A stretch of 64,000 nt of DNA, from the NCBI GenBank assembly GCA_027923505.1, contig BROI01000013.1, positions 186,001 to 250,000 on the forward strand, given 5' to 3'. This document shows positions 50,700 through 61,300 of this stretch, one piece after another. Both the position numbers and the translations under genes were made by a program. A model generated the notes under the pieces. It worked only from the letters and a program-made list of their open reading frames with translations, searched no databases and was not told the origin of the DNA. This DNA comes from Mayamaea pseudoterrestris (Eukaryota). Position 1 is the first letter of the stretch. The number at the start of each line of letters is the position of its first letter.

Positions 50700-52447
50700 T
50701 GGCTGGTGTCTCATGGTATGGCAATTGATTTGGTGACTTGACTAGTCTCAAACCCATGCTGTGACATTCAAACGCCCCTACATCAGGCCCTGTAGGTGTT
50801 CAAATTACACCAGAATGGTGCCAACATCATTATGCAGGCTGCGCTACCAGATGGTAAGCTTGGCTGGTGTCTCTGGGGATGGCAATGTATTTGGTGACAA
50901 CTAGTCACCAGTCTCAGCCTGCAGATGCCGTGTCATTCAAACACCCCTACAGCAAGTCCTGTAGGTGCTCAAAATACACCAGAATGGTGTCAACATCATT
51001 ATTCAGGCTGCGCTACAAGATGGTAGGCTTGGCCGGTGCCTCAAGGGATGGCAATGTATTTGGTGACAACTTGTCACCAGTCTCAGCCCGCAGATGCCGT
51101 GACATTCAAACGCACCTACAGCAAGCCCTGTAGGTGCCCAAATTACACCAGAATGGTGCCAACATCATTATTCAGGACGCGCTACAAGATGGTTAGCTTA
51201 ACTGTTGTCTCAGGAAATGGCAATGTATTTGGTGACAACTTGTCACCAGTCTCAGCCCGCAGATGCCGTGACATTCAAACGCCCCTACAGCAAGCCCTGT
51301 AGGTGCCCAAATAACACCAGAATGGTGCCAACATCATTATTCAGGCTGCGCTACATGATGGTAGGGTTGGATGGTGTCTCAGGGGATGGCAATGTATTTG
51401 GTGACAACTTGTCACCAGTCTCAGCCTGCAGATGCCGTGACATTCAAACGCCCCTACAGCAGGCCATGTATACACCCAAATGACACCAGAATGGTGCCAA
51501 CTTCATTATTCAGGCTGAGCAACAAGATGATTTGCTTGGCTGGTGTCTCAGGGAATGGCAATGTATTTGGTGACAACTTGTCACCAGTCTCAGCCCGCTG
51601 ATGCCGTGACATTCAAACGCCCCTACATCAGGCCCTGTAGGTGCCCAAATTACACCAGAATGCTGCCAACATCATAGTTTGGGCCTGAGTTACAAAATGG
51701 TAGGCTTGGCTGGTGTTTCCGGGGATGGCAATGTATTTGGCGACAACTTGACACCAGTCTCAGCCTGCTGATGCCGTGACATTCAAACGCCCCTACATCA
51801 GGCCCTGTAGGTGCCCAAATTACACCAGAATGCTGCCAACATCATAATATGGGCCTGAGTTACAAAATGGTAGGCTTGGCTGGTGTCTCCAGGGATGGCA
51901 ATGTATTTGGTGGCAATTTGTAACCAGTCTCAGCCCGCTGATGCCGTGACATTCAAACGCCCCTACATCAGGCCCTGTAGGTGACCAAATTGCACCAGAA
52001 TGGTGCCAACATCATCATTTAGGCTGCGCTATAAGATGGTTGGCTTGGCTGGTGTCTCAAAGAATGGCAATGTATTTGGTGACAACTTGTCACCAGTCTC
52101 AGCCCACTGATGCCGCAACCTTCGAACGTCCCTACATCAGGCCCTGTAGGTGCCCAAATTACACCAGAATGGTGCCAACATCATTATTCAGGCTGCGCGA
52201 CAAGATGATTTGCTTGGCTGGTGTCTCAGGGGATGGCACTGTATTTGGTGACAACTTGTCACCAGTCTCATCCCACAGATGCTGTGACATTCAAATGCCC
52301 CTACATCAGGCCCTGTAGGTGCCCAAATAACACCAGAATGGTGCCAACATCATTAATCAGGCTGCGCTAAAAGATGGTAGGCTTGGCTGGTGTCTCCAGG
52401 GATGGAAATGTATTTGGTGACAACTTGTCACCAGTCTCAGCCCACTG
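50700..52447. repeat. Satellite B block 2: ~10 copies of the 169-bp monomer
   Basis: Same monomer as 45335-49700. Confidence 0.93.
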
Positions 52448-53520
52448 GGGGTATTGAGTGTGTTAGTATTTGAGTAGCTGAAACCCATGCTGAACCTATC
52501 CCCAGTCAATTTCCTGGAGGGTTTGTAGGTAAAAATTCGAATGGATTGCACAACCTACATTCTTTATCCATGCCTAGCAACCGCAGAGTCTCATATTGGA
52601 AGCTGGATCGCCCATGGCTACGGTATGGCTATTGATTGCGAGTGTGTTTGAGTAGCTGAAACCATTGCTGAACCCAACCCTGGTCATTTTACTGGAGGGT
52701 ATGAAGGTATACCATCGAATGGATTGCACATCCTGCATCTTAAATCCATGCCTAGCAACCGCAGAGACTCATATTGAAGCAGGCTGGCTCATGGCTATGG
52801 CTATTGAGTGGTTTGTATTTGAATAGCTGAAACCATTGATGAACCCAACCCCGGTCATTTTAATGGAGGGTTTGAAGGTATACCATTGAATGGATTGATC
52901 ATCCTGCATCTTCAGTCCATGCCTAGCAACCGCAGAGACTCATATTGAAGAAGGCTGGCTCATGGCTATTGCTATTGAGTGTGTTTGTATTTGAGTAGCT
53001 GAAACCATTGCTGAACCCAACCCCGGTCCTTTTCCTGGTGGGTTTGAAGGTATACCCATGAATAAATTGCACATCCTGCACCCTTTATGCATGCCTAGCA
53101 ACCGCAGAGACTCATATTGAAAGAGGCTGGCACATGGCTATGGCTATTGAGTGTGTTTATATTTGAGTAGCTGGACCCATGCCAAGCCCAACCCCAGTCA
53201 TTTTCCTGGAGGAGTTGTAGATATACCAATAAATGGATTGCGCATCCTGCATTCTTTTTTGCATGCCTAGCAACCGCAGAGACTCATATTGAAAGAGGCT
53301 GGCACACGGCTATGGCTATTGAGTGTGTTTGTATTTGAATAGCTGAAACCATTGCTGAACCCAACCCCGGTCATTTTCCTGGACGGTTTGAAGGTATATC
53401 ATTGAATGGATTGCACATCCTGCATCCTTTATGCATGCCTAGCAACCGCAGAGACTCAGATTGAAGCTGGCTGTGAGATGGCTATGGCTATTGAGTGTGT
53501 TTGAATAGCTGAAACCCATG
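52448..53520. repeat. Satellite C block 2: ~6 copies of the ~172-bp monomer
   Basis: gcctagcaacc at 52572, 52750, 52921, 53093, 53265 and 53437. Confidence 0.92.
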
Positions 53521-53680
53521 CCGTGACATTCAAACGCCCCTACAGCAGACCCTGTGGGTGCCCAAAATACACCAGAATGGTGCCAACATTATTATTCAGG
53601 CTGCGCTACAAGATGGTAGGCTTGGCTTGTGTCTTAGGGGATGGCAATTTGAATGGTGAGAACTTTTCGCCAGTCTCAGT
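53521..53680. repeat. Terminal single degenerate satellite B monomer
   Basis: ccgtgacattcaaacgcccctacag...gccagtctcag. Confidence 0.85.
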
Positions 53681-53733
53681 GGGCAGCAGCCCTTGTTTAT
53701 CAAAGCCTGTCCTTAGAGCCATGTGATGCCTTA

Positions 53734-54573
53734 GGCGCGAAACTAGCGGCGGATGTTTCGTTGTTTCATTGTACCGTGCAATGAAACAATGGTGCAATAA
53801 CCAATCAGCGGGCTTTCAATTTTCGTTGCACGGTGCAACCACGTCATCAAACCCCAACTTTAAGAGTCTACAGTAGCGGTTCGTCGCGCATGCAACTCAC
53901 GACGAAACCACCATGGTTGATCCCCCAGAAATCAGCGCATAGCTTGCCTATTTAGCCACCAAATTCCATTCTCTTCTGCAGATGGCTTCTTCATGAGTCA
54001 TAGGACTATATGGAAAAGAGCGACGTAATGAGAGTATTCCATTATTGCTGCAGCCTTCCCACAAAATGGTGCGCCTCGCCAGTCCTTCCTTTCCGCCTTG
54101 TCCATTGCTTGCCTCTATCAATACCAGTAGTTTAATGTCAATAAATAATAAAGCTACTACTATAGTAAAAGCTTGTTAACAATGTAAAGTCTTGTGCTTG
54201 TAGAAGCGTGGGTGCCGGAGGACTTGTCAATTGCAGATGAAGTCTCACTCGTTCCAACAGGACGGTCGACGAACCACGACGCGGAAGGATGCGGAATTCA
54301 ATGGCTCTAGAGGCAGAAATAGCCGCGGGATCATGCTAATTTTTGTTATGTGAGTCCTCTATATACTAACGATGAAGCATGCAAAGTTTGGCTGCGGGAC
54401 CAAGCTCCAAAGTGAAGATAGAGGCTCCAAACATCACCAAACATCACGGTGCAACGAGGGTACGATGTTTCGTTGCTCCGGATGCACGGTGCAACGTGAG
54501 TTCCGGGTGATTTGTTGCACCATGCATCACCGTGCAACGAAACATCGAAAAAAATCGCCGCTAATTCCGCCCC
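53734..54573. mobile_element. Non-autonomous DNA transposon (PIF/Harbinger Tourist-like MITE), ~840 bp
   Basis: Left end ggcgcgaaactagcggcg versus right-end reverse complement ggggcggaattagcggcg (15/18). TTA on both sides (53731-53733, 54574-54576). Subterminal repeats (gatgtttcgttg, cacggtgcaac and their complements) occur at both ends. No transposase ORF. Confidence 0.75.
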
Positions 54574-54688
54574 TTATACATAGAGTGCCTGTTTTCACAG
54601 TTGAGTGCAATAAGCTACAGTAAAGTTGTGATGGAATCTCTGTTACACTCCAAGCTAAACTTTACTTAATTTGTTCTACATTGTGATG

Positions 54689-55385
54689 CTACGCAACGGT
54701 ATCCACTGACGAGTCTGATCGCAAGCTTTCAACCCATTGGTTCATTTGCGTCTGAATGTTACCAGTCACTGGCCCATTTCTTGTGGAAACAACAGTCGCT
54801 GCAACCTGGCTCATATTACCGCCCAACGGCACGGCGTGAGTCGGAGCACTGGATGAAGCTTTTTTGAGAGCCATGGCAATAATAATGAGCATTGTAACAT
54901 TTTCAAGAAACTTGATTTGAATTTTATTTGTGTTGGATTGTCGCGTTCGCCCCAATGGTGGTTCCTGAAGATAGGATGATACGGGGTTTGCCAGCACCAA
55001 TTGGCAAAGGGCCGGGCTGTCCGTCACGCGAGCAATGCTCACAATGTCCTGGAAGGGAAACATATAGACTAATGATAATGGGTATGTGTGAAATGTGTTA
55101 GCCAGCATGTACCTCAATTTTCATACTCCAGAATATACGCATCAACTAGGACGCACCTGCTCCGTGGTTGAACTTGGAGCCATCTACAAACTTGATTCCC
55201 TCTGATGTCAATGCTGTATGCGACGGAAAATTACCCCGAATGTGGTAGGCTGTTCGCCCACACATCAAAAAACCAAAGAATGCCATTCCAAGCATGAAAA
55301 GGCAGTACACGAGTCCATTCCAAATGATGAGCGACAAAATGAATGGAACCGTCATGGCGAACCACATGATGGGATTCATTCTACA
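54689..55385 (-). CDS. Membrane protein fragment (2 TM helices plus a bPH_2-like beta region); intron 55156-55069; 5' end abuts a copia remnant
   Basis: Donor gtgcgt, branch ctaac and acceptor ttag join ...WFAMTVPFILSLIIWNGLVYCLFMLGMAFFGFL...HTALTSEGIKFVDGSKFNHGA|VYMFPFQDIVSIARV. The family assignment is by pattern only. Confidence 0.55.
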
Positions 55386-55389
55386 TCGA

Positions 55390-58300
55390 TGCGCATCAAG
55401 GAGTTTGAACACGAGCTCAAGATTTACGATATGGCAGATGTCTTCATGATTTCTGGAGCATTTATCAAGCTCGACGACGATAGCTACATTGTGGATTTGT
55501 CAAATGGTCAGCCCAATACCTTTGACTTATTCTCGATGCATGCTTCAGTTTCTTTGGAACTAGTCAAGCAAGCCTGTTTGTCCGTCTGTTTATTCGAGCT
55601 CTGCTGGTGACTTGGACATTTGCTTCGACACTGGTGCAACTATTAGCGTCACGCCTACTCGCTCGGATTTCATTCACTATGAGCCCAATCGAGGTCAATT
55701 ACGCTTGAATGGTATCTCTGAATCTGCTAAAGTTTTGGGTGTTGGTACTGTTCGCTGGATCTTACGTGATGACAAGGGTCGTCCTCAAACTATTACGCGC
55801 TATCCGGATGGACGGGTACGCAAATTAAAGGCTCGATTTTGCGTTCGAGGCGACCAACAAATTGAGGGCGTTGATTTCTTTGAAACCTATGCACCAGTGG
55901 TAGCTTGGAGTACTGTACGACTACTGCTGATCTTGACTGTTGTCCTCGGACTAGCTACGAAACAAGTGGATTATACGTTGGCGTTTGTGCATGCCGATCT
56001 TAAAGAGGAAGTATATGTGGAGATGCCGAGGCTTTTCCAAGAAGATGGTTGCGTTTTGCGACTGAACAAGAGTGTATATGGATTACGAACGTCACCTTTG
56101 AATTTCTTCAACTGCCTGAAGGAGGGACTCGAAGCACGTGGATTTACGCAAGCAGCGTCGACTGATCCTTGTTTATTTATTTCTGAGGAAGTCATTTGTC
56201 TATGTTACGTGGATGATTGCCTTTTCTTCGCACGATCCGAAGATGCTATTGACCGTGTCATCGAATCATTACGGCAGAAGCAGCCAAAGTCGTTCTTAGT
56301 AAATGTTGAGGATGACGTCGCTGGATTCCTTGGAATTCACCTGAAGCATCTTGAGAACGGCGCAATTGAATTGACCCAGACTGGATTGATCGATCGCATA
56401 ATTAAAGTCATGAATTTAGATGATGCAAATCCATCTCGCACGCCTGCAGCGGAGAAGATTCTTGGGAAGGATTCAGAGGGAGCTCAATGTATTGAGTCAT
56501 GGTCGTATCCATCAGTTGTTGGAATGATGATGTATCTGGCCTCAAATTCACGCGCGGATATTGCATTACATTCATTGCTCCTGTCCCAAGGGACAAACGG
56601 ATCACCGTTCTTTGACAAGTCGCAGAGCGGCGAAGTCAAGAGCCCGAACCCTAATTAGCTTGTGTCGAGTCCGCAGCTGTCGTATGTGACATGTGACTGA
56701 AGAAAGTGCGCAACCGTCGTGTGGATGCGTTGTATGAATGGAACGACCAGTTACGACTGATGTAATGTGATTGAAAGAAACGGATTGATCGGATGATCTT
56801 CCGAGTGGTCGATGTAGCGATGTAGCGATAAGCTCACAATATAGAACTACTAGTTTGCGACGAGAGTGCAGTCGTATTCGTGTAGTGGCGAGCGCAAGAC
56901 TATTCGACGAGCCATCTCCATCAAGAGCTGTACAGACCGTGGCCAAGGACCCTGTATCGGAGCTTTTTGGAGGTAAGACGTTGACTGCGAAATCGTCAAC
57001 GGTGTTAGATTAACATTTCAGTGCTTCGAGAGCAAGAACGAGCGAGGGAGCTATCGTGACACATTCGTCTGCAGCGAGTCCGATTCCTCTGATCAACCTC
57101 CAACATGGCGACGATTGATGTAACGACCTACAATCGTGCCGTCGGTAAAGTCTTCGACATTCCGTGGCTCGCAGCATCCGCAACTTGGGATCCAAACGAC
57201 CCTACCGCAGTGTGTTTCGAGCAAGAGGAACTCACGACTGCGGAGGCGATGGCCGAGCTGTCGGAACAAGACGTGACGAACATTAAGACCCAGCACCAGT
57301 GGTCGACGATACGAACAAGCCGATTGCGCAAGCTCATGAGTTGGATTCACGAGCAACGTCGGACGACTGCGCAATGGCAAGACCTGGAGAAAGACCACAT
57401 TACGAGCCGAGACCTCCCAGCAGCACCGGGGTAACCGACCGCAGGCAACCGCAGTTTCGGAGACTTCAGCGTTATCGGAGGCAACGACACCACGACGAAA
57501 AGACCCGACATCAAGCTGGATCTGAAGACCATGCTGGAGCTCAAGAACGATCGCAAGTTCTGCTCCTACTGGCGGGCCTTCAAGAACCGCATGCGAAGCG
57601 AGCGACTTGGCTACTTTTGGGACGACGAGTTCAAGGCACCAGCTGCACTCGAGCCCGAATTCGCCGAGTATCAGTATCAGTGTTCGAAGCTTTTAGCGGC
57701 GCTCGAGTATACCTGCAAGACACCGCAGAGCAAGCTCATTGTCCGCAAGCACATCGACAGCGCGAATGCCTCAGCGTGCATTGCAGAGTTGGAGGCGACA
57801 TTCCTCGACGGGATGGCGCGCAAGTTGGATCTACGTTCGGCCGAAGACGAATGGCGCAATTTCACTCTTGATGCGAGTTACGCCAAGTCTCTCGTCAATT
57901 GGCTTATCCAGTGGTCCAGCAAGGAAGAGAACTACAATGACTACGCCGAGGAAACCGACTTACAGCAAGCACGAACGTCAGATTTTGAGCGCGCGGTTTT
58001 CCGCCATGCGGATATGGCATCGGCGGTGAACATGGCGCTGATCGAAGAGTCCAAGACCGACAACCCGATGACGTACCACAGTTTGGAACACTCCTGAACG
58101 ACGTCGCACGTCAATCTGACAATCGTCGTGGCATCAAGGAGACCGAGAAGCGTCAGGCGAACCAATCTGAGCAGACCAAGAAAGAGAAGGAGAAAGACGA
58201 AGAAGGCAAGCGCGAACAATTCCCGTCACGCCAAGTAGCAGCAACAATCAGCAGTCCAATCAGGGGGCTCACTTGAGCACCGCGCCCGCGTCGGGAGATA

Positions 58301-61300
58301 CTTGTTTCGCCTTGCACCGAAGACACGTTCCCACGGCGTGAATGCGTTCCACCAAACACGTGGCGACTCCTTACCCGCGCACCAGAACATAAGTGTTTGA
58401 GCGCCGTGTCGTCGCGGCCAGTGCTGCAGGTGTTCGGCATCGAACACAGGCAGGCAGCACGCCGGCGGCGTACAACACCGCTTTGTCGCCCACTTCATCA
58501 GCGCCCGCGTGCGGCACGGCGGTGAACAACACTCCTCTCCAATTTTTTACGACCCCCACGCTGGCGAATATCCTCAGATCGCGTACAAGTCAGAGCATTG
58601 ACTTGGATAAGCATTCGCGTCGACTTTGATCGCGGCGCTGGCGGAGTATGGGAGCACGGCCGCATCTTACCGGGACAAGTTCCACAAATTGAGTCACTGG
58701 TGGTGTCTCTAAACTTCGGACCGTCTACCGTCACAGCAGTCGCCAAGCTTAAGAGCACCAAGGTTGGGTTGGCGAGTTCCATATTAGCATATTCTGGAAC
58801 CGGCAAGATTCTAGTATGCAGATGGAAGCCGGACTTCATGTCAGCGACAAGCATTACAACTTTGGTGGCAAGTTCGTCGAAACACCAGATGGATACAAGT
58901 TTATCTCGGAATGGAAAGTGGCATGGCGACCTTGCCATGTTTCCGTGTCGCGCGCTCACACCTCCTCGCGATACCCTGATCGAGCGAGTTTACTCGAAAC
59001 CGGGGCGACGACTATGACTCTTCATACGGCGCGACTTGTTTCCGAAGAGACTGGCGGCAAGACTTCACGCGCCCGCGTCAATCGCACCCTCGTCAGAACA
59101 ACGTGACTTATATGATCTCGACGACAATCAACCTGTTTACACCGAGAAGAGCTGAATGTTTGTGCGTCGTACAGAATACAATCGGGATCTTGTCTATCAG
59201 CCCTATAAGTCTATCCTGCCAAAGAAACCCGATATCGATGCATTGCTGCCGAACTTTGCATGGTACCCGGCACAAGATACTTTGCGCCATCCACGCTTCA
59301 ACACCCCCCCCGCGAATGCATCGAAACGATTCCTGAGCGTCTACGTCTTGATCTGGCCCATGACACCATGTTCTTGACGAACCTGCCGTGGATACCTTCA
59401 CGACATGCAGGTGCACATGCACTATTCTATGGTTGTCCATCAGATCTTGTCTGTTCCATGCGCGTGCGCAACGATTCGTGATTTCATCCGCGAGTTTGGA
59501 GCTCTGTTGGAAGTCTTCTCGGATTGCGAAAACGTGAGTGCCGATTTGAGAGTTCGCGTTCATGTTCGCCGTCGTCACATATCAGAATCAAAATCCAGCC
59601 GAGCGCATCATCGGGCACGTAAAAGAAAGTCATGAACGACTTATGGACCGAGCGGGCACTCCGGCATGCTTCTGGCTACGCGCTTTCTCTTCAGACCGAA
59701 TGTACCTCATTGTCCATCCCTTGGGCCATCCTCCCATCGTTTATCACTGGCGTCCCGACGAAAGTATTTGCATTTTCGTTGGTTTGAAATTGTCAACTAC
59801 TTTGTCAAGGATGTCGAGGGCCCCGAAGACCCGCCAGCGCGGCGACTGGCTTGGTCCCAACACGACGTGCGGAGACGACCTGACGTACTTCATCTGCGAT
59901 GCAGACACACGAGATCATACGCGATCGGCTTGCTTCCAAACGACCCAAAATTTTTGAACCTTCACGTACCGGCACCTGCTTCCCCCAGTCACGAAGAAGG
60001 GGAGCCGCCTCTATACCGTACCTGGTCGTGGCGAGATCCTTATGCCGGAAATGATCAAGAAGATTACCGACGCCGACAGCAGAACGAAGATTCTTTCATT
60101 CTGACGAAGACGATACCCCTTTGGTCGAAACGGTGGAATACCGGAAGATGACGATATGACCGACGGGGAGCAAGATCTAATCCTGCCGATGACGACCCTG
60201 CCGATGCGACGATGACAAGCCGAAGAAGAAGAACATCAATCCGTGGCGCAAACTCCCGAAGTATGCACCCGATGAACTTATCGGCAAGTCGTTTCTCATG
60301 AAGACGGACGACGGGCAAGAAGTTCGAGCGACCGTCATGAGCAAGTGAACAATCGCGACACCCAGAACCATCAGAACATTAAAATGATACTGAAACTTGG
60401 TAACGGCGAAGCGGATGAAGTTATGTCTATGTCGAGGTTTCCGATCTCTACGAGGCCGAAGTGAACCAAGACATGGCGAATCCTGAGCGTAAATGGTTCT
60501 TCAAGGAGATTCTAGACCATCAGGGTCCGCTGACGAGCAAGTCGAAGAACTGGAAGCATTCCAAGTGGAACGTCCTTGTACAATGGGACGATGGATCCAA
60601 GACTTGGGAGCCTCTCAACGCGATGATCGAGCGACAAAGTATCGGTGGCAGCCTACGCGCAAAAGCATAATCTTCTCGACAAGGGACGGATGGTCATCGT
60701 TGAACCGATGGGCCCGAACGCCAAGAAGGTTGCGCGCAAGGTGGCGACCGCCGAATGGAGCAGCAGAAGAACGGACCGCGCTACAAGTTTGGGTCCAAGT
60801 ACCCCGAGTGGAAGGAAGCGCGGCGTTTGCAGGAAGCTGCAGGGCACACGGTGGACGGATGCGGAGGGCGTGGAGCTTGCGAACCTGGGCCGAGTGCGAG
60901 GCGTTTCAAGATCTTGGTCCGAGTTCCACCACAACACCACCAACTGGTTATCAAAGATCCGAGTCCATTTGTGTACGATGTCAAGCACGATTTGCGATAC
61001 AAGGCCGCGTCTCGTTGCAGGCGGCCACATGACGAAGACAACGACGATGCCTACTCCAGTGTTATCTCATTGAAGGCAATGCGTCTAGCTCTGTCATTGG
61101 AGAAGCGAACGGCAATAAGAGCATGGTAGGTGACATTGGGAATGCTTATCTGGAAGCGTTCACCAAGGAGAAGGTATACTTCGTTGGAGGCCCCGAGTTC
61201 AGGGAGCGCGAAGGACACATCCTGGTCATCGTCAAGGCTTTGTACGGATTGCGAACGAGCGGAGCACGATTTCACGAACGCTTAGCCGACGCCCTACTTG

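Noticed and set aside
16105..53680. CRISPR-like array or rRNA/5S/tRNA/snRNA tandem genes
   Set aside because: There are no unique spacers or cas genes, and the monomers show no recognisable structural-RNA sequence.
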